The translations under genes were made by a program, and so were the position numbers. The notes under the pieces were generated by a model. The model was not told the DNA's origin and ran no database searches. It saw only the letters and a list, made by a program, of their open reading frames with translations. DNA of 64,000 nt from a virus. The stretch spans positions 23,860 to 87,859 of IMG/VR virus record IMGVR_UViG_3300010151_007551; one strand, 5' to 3'. Shown here in pieces: positions 21,003 through 30,782 of the stretch (the stretch's first letter is position 1; every line of letters begins with the position of its first letter).

Positions 21003-23045
21003 ATGGATAATTTTAATTATAGACCATTTGCTCAATTTGGAATGGAGCAAATAAATTTTGAACCAAAACAAGTTGCCTTATTGGCAGCTATGGATAAAAA
21101 AGATGCAGATACGTCAGCTGCTATACAAGCAATAATAGATGGTGCAGTTTCTGATTTACAGAGTGCGGATACTAATATTGAAAACTTAGTAGCTACTGTT
21201 AAATCACAGCTTACTAAATCGATTGACTTAAACTCTTCAAAAATTGGTGATGTTGTTGACCAATTAGGTATGAATGGTTTACCTGCGTCATTGGTAAAAC
21301 TTTCAAAGGAACTTGAGAGGTTAATGAAGATTAGAGATGAGCTTCATGCACAAAAGATAGCTAATCAAAAAGGAGACGAGGTAGCAGAGTTAACTCAATC
21401 TGAGGAAGATTTTATGAGATTCATAAACGAAAACCTTGGATATGATTCTAGAATCACTGCAGTTAAGCATATATCATGGGCTTTTTCAGGATATAGTAGA
21501 CTAGATATAGCATCAATTATTGAATCATCTAATTATGGTGCTGACTATGCTACATATATTGATGCGTTTATACAAGCGTTTGGCGATGGTGATACTGCAT
21601 GGTTAGATAAATATGCTGAGAAAAATTTATCAACGCCTAATGATGACTATAGGAGTACTTGGCCTGGATATTTATTATTTAATGGAATCGCAGAAGATAA
21701 CTTTGACGACATGGTGAGAAAGTTCATTGCTGATACTGAACAGTGGATTAAAGACTTTTCAGCAGAAATGGGGTCAAATTTCTCAGATGTGTATGAGGAC
21801 ATTCGTGGATCACTTAACAGTATTAAAGCTGAAGCTAATGGAAACATTAAAAGTGGATGGACACGTCATGTTACTGCAGTTCAGGCATATGAAGAAAAAC
21901 CTTTATCTACTCGTAACTATACTCTTGTTAATGATGTATATGAGTCATCAGTAGTTGTATACTGTAATGGTCAGTTAATAACAAAAGATCAAGACTATTC
22001 AGTCAATAGAGATGATGATAGCGGAAAAGTAATAATTAAGTTTGCTGATTCAATGCCAATGGAACCTGGATTCTATTATGAAATTCATGCCATAGTATTG
22101 CATGCAACTGAATTATTTGGAATAGGTGCTCTTCCAGTTCAACCTGATTATGGAGTAACTGGATACGATACATCTTTCAAATTGGCGCAAGCGAAATTTT
22201 GGACAGAAAATCAATTGGCTAGATTATCACTATTTGATATTGATATTACAGAAATTTCTTCAGATATACGTTATAATATGGAACGAGGAGAGCAGCTTAA
22301 AACGGATAATATGAGTCTTACTGATAAACTGGCTGCATTTGAACAAGAAAAAGCAACTTTAAAAACTAATCTTGTTAGATTAAATTCAGAAAGAGACCAT
22401 CAAGCTGAGGAGTTAACCATGGTTAACACTAAGATTGCATCTTTCGAAGCAGATATAGTTGCTAATGAAGCCAATGTCGAAGATTTGACAGAACAATTAG
22501 CGCAGCTTGCTGAATTATTAGCAAAAGCTAAGCACAACCTTAAAGTTGCTGAGAATCCTGTTAATCCTAATGATTATGATGCAGAAAAATGCAAGGAACT
22601 TGAAACGATAGTTGAAACATCTACTCAAGCTCATATAGGAGGTAAAGCAGCTTTAGTTGCAGCAGAAACTAGTTTAGCAGAACTAAAAACTGAGTGTGAG
22701 ACTCACAAATCTCAAGTACCTGTAATTGAAGCGGATATTGCGACAAGTGATTCAAGTATAGAGACCACTACCACTCTTATTGAAAGCGTAGATGTATCTA
22801 TAAGTGGAACCAAATCGACTATTATCTTTAACGAAGCAGCAAAAACTGACTGTGATATGAAAGTTGCAAAAGCTGAACAGAAGGTGAAGAGTCTAAAAGA
22901 GGCGGTTGAAGCTATTGAAGCTGAGGTAAATCCTTATGCTACTATAGATCCTGCAGATGATCTGCTAGGTGATCCAAAAGACGAAGATAACGAAGGTGAA
23001 CCAGGTGGACCGGGTGATGGGATTGACAATATCATAGTTAATTAA
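21003..23045 (+). CDS. Coiled-coil protein with a central beta module, probably virion-associated
   Basis: 680 aa; SVVVYCNGQLITKDQDYSV module; long heptad region; acidic Gly/Pro tail. Confidence 0.65.
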   Translation: MDNFNYRPFAQFGMEQINFEPKQVALLAAMDKKDADTSAAIQAIIDGAVSDLQSADTNIENLVATVKSQLTKSIDLNSSKIGDVVDQLGMNGLPASLVKLSKELERLMKIRDELHAQKIANQKGDEVAELTQSEEDFMRFINENLGYDSRITAVKHISWAFSGYSRLDIASIIESSNYGADYATYIDAFIQAFGDGDTAWLDKYAEKNLSTPNDDYRSTWPGYLLFNGIAEDNFDDMVRKFIADTEQWIKDFSAEMGSNFSDVYEDIRGSLNSIKAEANGNIKSGWTRHVTAVQAYEEKPLSTRNYTLVNDVYESSVVVYCNGQLITKDQDYSVNRDDDSGKVIIKFADSMPMEPGFYYEIHAIVLHATELFGIGALPVQPDYGVTGYDTSFKLAQAKFWTENQLARLSLFDIDITEISSDIRYNMERGEQLKTDNMSLTDKLAAFEQEKATLKTNLVRLNSERDHQAEELTMVNTKIASFEADIVANEANVEDLTEQLAQLAELLAKAKHNLKVAENPVNPNDYDAEKCKELETIVETSTQAHIGGKAALVAAETSLAELKTECETHKSQVPVIEADIATSDSSIETTTTLIESVDVSISGTKSTIIFNEAAKTDCDMKVAKAEQKVKSLKEAVEAIEAEVNPYATIDPADDLLGDPKDEDNEGEPGGPGDGIDNIIVN

Positions 23046-23093
23046 TTTAATTATTAAACGTTAATTCTTAATCTTTAAGTTTTAAAAAAAATT

Positions 23094-23118
23094 GGGGAAC
23101 TTCGGTTCCCCTTTTTTT
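23094..23118 (+). terminator. Rho-independent terminator
   Basis: GGGGAAC-TTCG-GTTCCCC followed by TTTTTTT. Confidence 0.9.
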
Positions 23119-23230
23119 ATATTATTATTCAAGAAATTATTTTTAATTATTTTAAAATTTATAAGAACCTATTATTTTTATATAGTAGAATATAACAAAT
23201 AATATAAATTACTAAAAAAAATACTTAATT

Positions 23231-24268
23231 ATGAATGACTTTTTTGATTTACCTAAAGAGACTTTTGGAAGCAGTAGTTCTAATTCCAATGAAAAGAAAA
23301 AAGATGAAAACATCTATGACCCAAATCCTGATGCAAGCGGAGGAATATATAAATCCGTTGTTAGGTTTATCCCCAATTTAAAAGATAAAACACAAACTAA
23401 ATACACTAAATATAGTGCTAAGGTATATAACCCTCTAACAAAGAGAGCTGTATATGTAGACTGTCCATCCAATGAAAATAAACCATCGGTATTGTGGACT
23501 TTATCTACTATTCTCGGCCGTCTTAAAAAAGAAGAACCTACCGTTGTCAATGAAATAAATGATAATTTTTCTAGGTGGTATACTCATCATTCTTACGTGT
23601 ATATTATAAAAGATCCTCAAAATCCTGATTTAGAAGGAAAAATTAAACTATTTAAATATCGCGCTCAGATTAATGATCTCATAGAGCAACAGATGAATCC
23701 AGACGAAGATGGTCTATTAGAAAACACGGTTAAAGTTAATCCCTTTCATTTATTAGAAGGAAAAGATTTCTTATGTGTTGTTTCAAAGAAAACAAAAACG
23801 TGGAGAGATTGGACAAAATGTAAATTTATGGATGAACTAACTCCATTTGTTTTTAATATAAAAGACAATCAAGTAGTTATGAAAAATGATGAAGGAGCTA
23901 TTAAAGTAGTAAAGGGATTCTTTGAAAAAACTGCTCCGTCCATGGAAGACTATTTACATCAGTCTTGGACAGATGAAACATACAATGAAGTTGCATCAGC
24001 GCTAAAAGCAGCGATTGGTCATAAAGAGGTTATAAACATGCTTATAGCTGAAACTAGAGATGAAAAAATGAAACAATTATTGTCTCTTGAAAATCCACAT
24101 AAAGAGTCTGTTGCACCGGCTTCTGTTTCATCAAATGACACATTAACCAATGATAATATTTCTTTTGGTGGAACCACTGTTAATACCGCTGTTGAAGAAA
24201 AAAAGACACCGGTTGTCACTGATGGAGAGTCTAATGATGAATATGATGATCTATTCAAAGATCTTTAA
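23231..24268 (+). CDS. T4 gp32-like single-stranded DNA-binding protein
   Basis: VVRFIP, YIIKDPQNPDLEGKIKLFKY, NPFHLLEGKDF and an acidic tail (DEYDDLFKDL). Confidence 0.85.
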   Translation: MNDFFDLPKETFGSSSSNSNEKKKDENIYDPNPDASGGIYKSVVRFIPNLKDKTQTKYTKYSAKVYNPLTKRAVYVDCPSNENKPSVLWTLSTILGRLKKEEPTVVNEINDNFSRWYTHHSYVYIIKDPQNPDLEGKIKLFKYRAQINDLIEQQMNPDEDGLLENTVKVNPFHLLEGKDFLCVVSKKTKTWRDWTKCKFMDELTPFVFNIKDNQVVMKNDEGAIKVVKGFFEKTAPSMEDYLHQSWTDETYNEVASALKAAIGHKEVINMLIAETRDEKMKQLLSLENPHKESVAPASVSSNDTLTNDNISFGGTTVNTAVEEKKTPVVTDGESNDEYDDLFKDL

Positions 24269-24301
24269 TATATAAAATTAAATAAAAAAAACAAATTAAC
24301 A

Positions 24302-24655
24302 ATGACTAAAGTTACAAATGAAACTGTAGAAAACACTAAAACAGATGCTTCTACTACTAATGCTACTGCTTCGGCTGAAAATACAACTGATCCAAATCAA
24401 GTTGTTCTTCTAGGAAGTATTTCATATACTGATGAATTTCAATATGAAGAATGGTTAAAAAACATGGATTTAAACCAGGCTATTTTTGTATTAGTTGCTA
24501 ATGCAAACTATGCACAATCAAAAGGATTATTATCTATTGCTGAATCTGAATTAGTTGCAGGTGCTCTTAGAACAATTAAGAAAAATTCTAAGCAGACTCC
24601 AGTTGCCCCCGTTGTAGATTCTAAAAATGTTACTGAAGATAAATCATCTAAATAG
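24302..24655 (+). CDS. Hypothetical protein
   Basis: 117-aa ORF in the gp32 operon. Confidence 0.7.
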   Translation: MTKVTNETVENTKTDASTTNATASAENTTDPNQVVLLGSISYTDEFQYEEWLKNMDLNQAIFVLVANANYAQSKGLLSIAESELVAGALRTIKKNSKQTPVAPVVDSKNVTEDKSSK

Positions 24656-24664
24656 TTTTTACCA

Positions 24665-25804
24665 ATGGTTTATTTAATAGATGGAAATGCATATATAAAC
24701 GTAGCAGTAAGCGTTACTAAAAGTATTTTATCTAGAGATAAATCTATAGGAAGAGATTATTATATAGATGATATTTTTTCAGAAAATAAGAAGATCTTAA
24801 GGGAACAATGTAGGATAACATTTAGAGATTTTTGCTTATCTTACTTAGTATCATTAATTGCACCCATCCACAAAGAAGTGGATGAGGTGCATATTGTTTT
24901 TGATTCTAAAAGTTGGAGAAAGAAATATATTTCTGATTTTTTTACTACTGAAAATGTGTTATTGGATAGACCTTCTGATATTAAAGAATTTGAATATAAA
25001 GCTAATCGACGAGGAGACTCCAATATCTATTTATTTTTTGAATATTTTCAAGGCATTGTTCTAGACCATTTAAAAAATGAATGTGGAATTAATTTTCACA
25101 GGTGGTCCGGAATGGAGGGAGATGATATATTGGCGTATTTATGTGATACTTTTACTAAAGATACTATAATATATTCAGTTGATAAAGATTTAATACAGCT
25201 TGTTAATAATTCAGGATTAACATATACAATTATGGTATCACCTAAGCAGATGTCTAAGCATAAAAAATTATATGTTTCAGATTATTCAAGTGAATTAAAT
25301 GAATCAGATTTTTTTAACATAGATAACGTTACAGTTGGAAATCTAAATAATGTTTCTTCCAAGTTAATAGAAAAGGGATATGTTAAGTATCCAATAAATT
25401 CTACTCGTTCTGTGCTAGAAAAAATAATAGGTGGAGATAAGTCAGATAAAATACCAAGGTTATATAAAATGACTAAGTCTAAAGTTAATAAAGTTTGCGA
25501 ATTAATCATTGAAAAATATGGTAACGATATTTTACATAAACTAGATGAATTAAATGCAGAGTTTATAGATTATGCTATTTGTAAAATATCTAAGTGTAAT
25601 AAATTAGAAGAGAAAAAAGATATTGATACGCTTAGAAAGCATTTTATATTTAATACTAAAATAATTAGACTATCTCATACCTTATTGCCATTAGAGTTAA
25701 AAAATGAAATTGAAACTCGGCTAAACCTATTACAGAAAACAAAGTATAATAACTTTAAATATTCTAAGCTATTAGAACTCAAAAATAAATCAGTACTACT
25801 ATGA
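24665..25804 (+). CDS. T4 RNase H-like 5'-3' exonuclease/flap nuclease
   Basis: LIDGN, VFDSKSWRK, YKANR, EGDDIL, SVDKDLIQL and GDKSDKIP motifs. Confidence 0.85.
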   Translation: MVYLIDGNAYINVAVSVTKSILSRDKSIGRDYYIDDIFSENKKILREQCRITFRDFCLSYLVSLIAPIHKEVDEVHIVFDSKSWRKKYISDFFTTENVLLDRPSDIKEFEYKANRRGDSNIYLFFEYFQGIVLDHLKNECGINFHRWSGMEGDDILAYLCDTFTKDTIIYSVDKDLIQLVNNSGLTYTIMVSPKQMSKHKKLYVSDYSSELNESDFFNIDNVTVGNLNNVSSKLIEKGYVKYPINSTRSVLEKIIGGDKSDKIPRLYKMTKSKVNKVCELIIEKYGNDILHKLDELNAEFIDYAICKISKCNKLEEKKDIDTLRKHFIFNTKIIRLSHTLLPLELKNEIETRLNLLQKTKYNNFKYSKLLELKNKSVLL

Positions 25805-26100
25805 AACCTTTATATGAAAGAATTTTAATTAAACCTGTTCAAAAAGAAACATCTACTAAATCGGGTATTTTATTACCAACTAAAGCGGTTAAGCGTCCAA
25901 ATATTGGAACCGTAATAGCATGTGGAGAAGGAACACAACATAATCCTATGAAAGTTAAGGAAGGAGATGTAGTATTATGTAATAGATATGCAGGCGTAGA
26001 TATAGTTTATAAAAATGAACCTCATTACGTTATATTATCTAATGAAGTAATAGCCGTCTTGGAAAACATAGATGAGGTAAAACTCGACGAATATGAATAA
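25801..26100 (+). CDS. groES: Co-chaperonin GroES
   Basis: MKPLYERILIKP...TKSGILLP...GTVIACGEG...VKEGDVV. Confidence 0.95.
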   Translation: MKPLYERILIKPVQKETSTKSGILLPTKAVKRPNIGTVIACGEGTQHNPMKVKEGDVVLCNRYAGVDIVYKNEPHYVILSNEVIAVLENIDEVKLDEYE

Positions 26101-27112
26101 TGACTTAAAGTTCGACTTTAATGATATTTTAATATGTCCATCGGTTATAACTAATATAGAATCAAGATCTCACATTAATGTATTTTATCCTGATGGAAAC
26201 CTTCCACTTATAACTGCTCCAATGGATACCGTTATATTAGAGAAAAATGAACATGTATTTATTGAAAATAATATAATACCTTGTTTACCCAGGGGAGAAA
26301 AAGCTGGGCCTCGCTCTATAGAGTCATTTTCACTAAATGAAATGCTTAATAAATTTAAATCAAAGGAATTAAAAAAGCACAGGGGATATCTAATAGACAC
26401 AGCTAATGGTCATATAAAAAAACTAAAAGATGTCACTAGGATGATTAAGAATGAACTAGGTGATGATATATGGTTAATGATAGGAAATATAGCTAATCCA
26501 AAATCATACGCTGAATTATCTGAAGCCGGTGCAGATGCAATTAGAATAGGAATAGGCAACGGCGGAGGTTGTCTAACTACACAGCAGACTGGTGTAGGAT
26601 ATCCAATGGCTTCCTTAATAAAAGAATGTTATATTGAATCATTATCTTTAAATAATCCCGCTAAAATAGTAGCAGACGGTGGAATGAAAGATTATTCAGA
26701 TGTTATTAAAGCGCTCGCATTAGGAGCAGATTTCGTTATGATGGGTTCAATATTTAATAAAGCAATAGAAAGTTCTGGAAAAAATGTACATTATAGTAAT
26801 GCTGGTGAAACAGAACTTAGTTTAGAAGAAGCATTAGATTTGTTTAATTCTGGGAGACCTGTTTTCAAATCATTTAGAGGAATGTCTACCAAAGAGGTTC
26901 AAAGGAAATGGGGAAGGATTAATCTTAAAACATCTGAAGGAATAGTGGATACCAGAGAAGCCCAATACACTTTAAGCAGCTGGGTTGAAAACTTTAAGCA
27001 TTATCTAAGATCAGCCATGAGCTATACTAATTCTAGTGATTTAAATGAATTCATTGGGGAGACACACACTATAATGATCACTAAAAATTCATTAGATAGA
27101 TTTAAAAAATAA
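26093..27112 (+). CDS. IMP dehydrogenase/GMP reductase family protein (no CBS domains)
   Basis: TAPMDTV, IDTANGH, GIGNGGGCLT, IVADGG, FRGMS, SEG and LRSAMSY motifs. Confidence 0.88.
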   Translation: MNNDLKFDFNDILICPSVITNIESRSHINVFYPDGNLPLITAPMDTVILEKNEHVFIENNIIPCLPRGEKAGPRSIESFSLNEMLNKFKSKELKKHRGYLIDTANGHIKKLKDVTRMIKNELGDDIWLMIGNIANPKSYAELSEAGADAIRIGIGNGGGCLTTQQTGVGYPMASLIKECYIESLSLNNPAKIVADGGMKDYSDVIKALALGADFVMMGSIFNKAIESSGKNVHYSNAGETELSLEEALDLFNSGRPVFKSFRGMSTKEVQRKWGRINLKTSEGIVDTREAQYTLSSWVENFKHYLRSAMSYTNSSDLNEFIGETHTIMITKNSLDRFKK

Positions 27113-27123
27113 TTTTTTTATTT

Positions 27124-27192
27124 AAACCTTTTTATAAAGTTTAGTATAATATATAAATCAATAACAAAATAGTTATTAACGTTCTTTAAAAT
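27124..27192 (+). promoter_or_regulatory. Promoter plus boxB-like hairpin and boxA-like antitermination element
   Basis: AAACC-N14-AGTATAATA (27124-27151), hairpin AATAAC/GTTATT (27160-27177) and CGTTCTTTAAAAT (27180-27192), which resembles rrn boxA. Confidence 0.6.
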
Positions 27193-27195
27193 AAT

Positions 27196-27618
27196 GTGAA
27201 AGGCATCGGAAATCGACGGATTGAAGATGTTGATATGTGCCAGAACAATGAGTCCAGTGGAGCTCATATTGGATGGAATTAGATCGTCGGATCGCAGAAG
27301 CCCGTGATAGGGTGTTCCTAATCAAATGATTAGGCTGAACTACTTTAACAAGTGGAATTTCAGTTCTTAGTTTAGATTTATAGAAAATGTAGATCTGCAC
27401 AACGCTTGTGGGTAAATAAATAAATCCCGCTTTATGACTGAATAAGCTTTTTCGCGAGCTAAGGTGGTCTTGAATTCTATAGTGGATTTATCAATGATTA
27501 TGGTGAGTACAAACCATTTTTAAGATAAGCAACGTCGGTTATTTCAAGATGCAGTGTTTAAAATCGCAGCGGAGACTAAGTTGGAGGTATTCTATAATCC
27601 TTCCATATTTTCTTTCAC
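27196..27618 (+). ncRNA. Large structured non-coding RNA candidate (~420 nt), class not recognised
   Basis: Terminal pairing GTGAAAG/CTTTCAC, nested long-range helices and about ten local hairpins with many G-U pairs. GC content is visibly above the flanks and there is no credible ORF. Confidence 0.78.
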
Positions 27619-27650
27619 TTTTTATTTTTATAATACATACACTAATTACA

Positions 27651-27683
27651 AAAAAAAGGGAAGCTTTATAGTTTCCCTTTTTT
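27651..27683. terminator. Bidirectional Rho-independent terminator
   Basis: AAAAAAAGGGAAGCT-TTAT-AGTTTCCCTTTTTT between the convergent ncRNA candidate and sheath gene. Confidence 0.85.
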
Positions 27684-27712
27684 ATTTTATATTAAAATTA
27701 AGTTTTCTGTTA

Positions 27713-30652
27713 TTAGAAACTTGGAGTAAATCCTGAAGATTCAGAACTTAATTCTCCACCAACTCTTGTTATTGTTAATCTGTTAATAAACTTATGAATT
27801 CCTCTTGGGAAATCAACCGCTATGTCAACTATAGCTGTATTAGCTTCAATAACTTCAGCTGTATTGTTTGTACTATCAATAGTTACTTCATAAGATTGTA
27901 CACCTCTTGCGTTTTGAACTGCATCCATGTAATTTTCTAAAATGGTTTTAACTCTTAACCTTGTGATTTCATCATTGAAATCAAATAAGAAGTTTACTAA
28001 TATTTGTTCAATATCTCTTTCAATAGTTGAAAGATTATCTCTAACATGAGCATTATTTAATGCAGAAGTTACTCTCTGATATGCTGTATTGTTTGTGAAA
28101 ACAGTTATTCCAAAGCCTCTTCGTTTAACTATTAAGTTATGTCCAACTGGTTCTAAATAATCTCTATCTTCTTTTGTTAAATCATATTCCAATCCAACAA
28201 TTTCAGGATCGCTTAAAATAGCTCTTTTTCCAGCTGTTATTAAGAAAGGAGTTCCATTTTTAAATTTTCTAACAAATGCATTTGAAACATAACCAGCTGG
28301 TGGAACTGCTTTATTTTTACCACCTTCTCTAATTAAAACATATGGCATCGCAAAATATGCATATGATGCCAATGGTACTCCATTATAGTCTCCACTTGGA
28401 AATTTAAATAAGAAACTAGGATTTAAACTAACGTCTCCTCCTTCTGAAATATATTGTGTAGATACGAGTTTATTAACAGTATCAATAAAACTAGGATCTA
28501 CTGATTTTTCAAATTGCTCAAATGAAGGGTCATTAATAATTGCCATTACTTTTCCATTCATTGCTGCTAATTTTACTAAATAATATTTAGACGATGAAGA
28601 AATGCATCCTGCATATGAATCAACGATATATCTATAATCAATTGTTTCTCTATCTGAAAGAGTTTGAGGAATCTTAGTATAGTCATATAAATATGATAAA
28701 ATATCCTCTTGTCTTCCACATGTATTATTTGGCAACAATTCTGATCTAAGTTTAAATCCTCTTAGGAATTGTCCTTTAAGTGCTTCAACATAATTGTATA
28801 CTCCTTTATAAACAGATATTTCATTTCCACTAACCTCTAGACCATCTACTGCTTCTGCAGAAGGTGCCATCGTAGTTACAGTATATTCTAGTCTATATGG
28901 GCTTAATTCTTCACTTGACGTTATCGAAATAATTTTCAATAATCTAGTTCTAGAATCTCCATCTAATCTCGCTTTAATATAATGATTAACTTTTATGAAT
29001 TCATCTATTTCAGCTTTTTCTGCAACATTAGCGGTATTAATACCTAATACTAATTTATTAGGTTGAGTTATTGTGAAATCTGTAAAATAATTAGTATCAG
29101 CTAAATCAAATACTTTTTTGAAATTACTACCGTTTTGTAATTCATATTTAATATAGTCATCTCCATCAATGTAATAGTTTACACTTATTTGATTTAATAA
29201 ACTATTATCTTGATATGTGTATATTTTAATGTATGAATATTCTTTTCCATCATCAAGTATGGCTTTAAATCCATCTTCTATTTTAGAATAGTATGTATTT
29301 ACTCCATCCACTGATGTATCATTAGTTTTTAAGAAACCTCCAACATATGCTTCATATACTTTACTTCCTTCCATAGCTATCATGTATTCGACAGCAGCTG
29401 TTACTCTAACAAAGTCATCTGCTTCAACTAGTGTGAAATCTCCTGCTGCTTTAGCGATATCTATTTTATTAACTAGATTATCATCGCCTGGTCTACTATA
29501 GCTTACTACGCTAATTAGTGGAGTAGGGTCTGCGTCTGATCCATCTGGGTTTTTTCCACCTGTATCTATGGTATATACGTCATCTGTATTTAATGCATCA
29601 TATCCATAGCCTACTATGTCAACTCTGTGTGTTGACATTTCAATATCATTAAATGTATCGTCTTCTAAGTCTATTAAATCTAGTTTATCTCTATCTAATG
29701 CACAAAGAATACCTGTGCTAGCAAATAATCTATTTACTAACGTATCAATTGATGAATTTGTTCCAGATTGATCTTTAAAATCAGGTATTAGTGATCCAGT
29801 TACTCTTGCAATTGCTTTTACCTCTGGTAAAGCAATGAAGTTTGATATTTCAGAATCCATTAGTCCTGCTTCATCAAAAAATTGACCAAACGTTGGATCT
29901 TTTGCTAATTTTAAATTATTTGACCAGTCTCCCTCTACCATAATCACCTCTACAAAGTAATCAGATATAAAATCATCTGGTGATACGAAATTTGGAAAAT
30001 CTATGTCTTCTCCAAAGCTAGCATACCATTCTCTAGCTGTTACGTCAAATCCTGATATACCTGCTCTCTTAACCCAAAGTGTCATATTGCTACTTCCCGT
30101 GTTAACAAAGCTTAATATTTTATTGGATGCAATTGATGCGTTACCAAATGCTCCAGGGTTTAGGATAAAATCATCTCCTAACGCTAAATTTTTAGATCTA
30201 TTTAGACTGTCTTCATCTGCATACCATAGTTTATTTCTATTAAAGAACTCTATCATTGGATATTGATATGGTGCGCTGTTTGAATTATTAGATGAGCTTT
30301 CACAGTTAAATGTTGTAAACGATGCTTGATCTTTATTCGCAACTGTGTCTGTGTCATTATCTAACGGCCAAACATTCAGTGCAAAAACGGGACCTTCTCT
30401 TAATGCAACTTCGATAGTTCTATGAAAATAACTTCCTTGTTTTTCTAATTGCGAATCTCTGTCTCCGTAAACTGCTTTTAATGTTCTTAAGTCATTTATT
30501 AAAACCACAGTATTGAATGGACCTTGTCTACTTGATCCAATTATTAATCTTCCGGTGGTTAAAGGCAAGGCGGTGCCTTGACTTTGGTCTATCTCAACAG
30601 TATATACCCCGCTGGATTTAAAATTGTTTAAGTTTAATACTTTTTCGGCCAT
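27713..30652 (-). CDS. Tail sheath protein (gp18-like)
   Basis: N-terminal SGVYTVEIDQS...GSSRQGPFN; C-terminal VPPAGYVS, RDYLEPVGHN, FLFDFNDEITR and NNTAEVI. Confidence 0.92.
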   Translation of the reverse strand: MAEKVLNLNNFKSSGVYTVEIDQSQGTALPLTTGRLIIGSSRQGPFNTVVLINDLRTLKAVYGDRDSQLEKQGSYFHRTIEVALREGPVFALNVWPLDNDTDTVANKDQASFTTFNCESSSNNSNSAPYQYPMIEFFNRNKLWYADEDSLNRSKNLALGDDFILNPGAFGNASIASNKILSFVNTGSSNMTLWVKRAGISGFDVTAREWYASFGEDIDFPNFVSPDDFISDYFVEVIMVEGDWSNNLKLAKDPTFGQFFDEAGLMDSEISNFIALPEVKAIARVTGSLIPDFKDQSGTNSSIDTLVNRLFASTGILCALDRDKLDLIDLEDDTFNDIEMSTHRVDIVGYGYDALNTDDVYTIDTGGKNPDGSDADPTPLISVVSYSRPGDDNLVNKIDIAKAAGDFTLVEADDFVRVTAAVEYMIAMEGSKVYEAYVGGFLKTNDTSVDGVNTYYSKIEDGFKAILDDGKEYSYIKIYTYQDNSLLNQISVNYYIDGDDYIKYELQNGSNFKKVFDLADTNYFTDFTITQPNKLVLGINTANVAEKAEIDEFIKVNHYIKARLDGDSRTRLLKIISITSSEELSPYRLEYTVTTMAPSAEAVDGLEVSGNEISVYKGVYNYVEALKGQFLRGFKLRSELLPNNTCGRQEDILSYLYDYTKIPQTLSDRETIDYRYIVDSYAGCISSSSKYYLVKLAAMNGKVMAIINDPSFEQFEKSVDPSFIDTVNKLVSTQYISEGGDVSLNPSFLFKFPSGDYNGVPLASYAYFAMPYVLIREGGKNKAVPPAGYVSNAFVRKFKNGTPFLITAGKRAILSDPEIVGLEYDLTKEDRDYLEPVGHNLIVKRRGFGITVFTNNTAYQRVTSALNNAHVRDNLSTIERDIEQILVNFLFDFNDEITRLRVKTILENYMDAVQNARGVQSYEVTIDSTNNTAEVIEANTAIVDIAVDFPRGIHKFINRLTITRVGGELSSESSGFTPSF

Positions 30653-30782
30653 TGCTTATACTATATTTTTAATTATTTATCCCATATATAGAGCAATAAA
30701 ATTAAAAATACAAAAAAATAAACCTTTTGCAAATAAACAGTAGAATATTAAAAATTATAAAACAAATAAATATAAGCTAACA

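Noticed and set aside
27196-27618. tmRNA, RNase P or group I/II intron identity for the structured RNA
   Set aside because: GGAAATCGACGG resembles the tmRNA 5' end and GGAGACTAA resembles the group I R element. However, there is no T-arm or CCA end, no GAGGAAAGTCC P4 motif, no downstream S element, no GTGYG start and no interrupted gene.
27176-27736. Track ORFs 27176-27400(-) and 27554-27736(+)
   Set aside because: Short, non-ATG starts, atypical composition, and they overlap the RNA structure and terminator.
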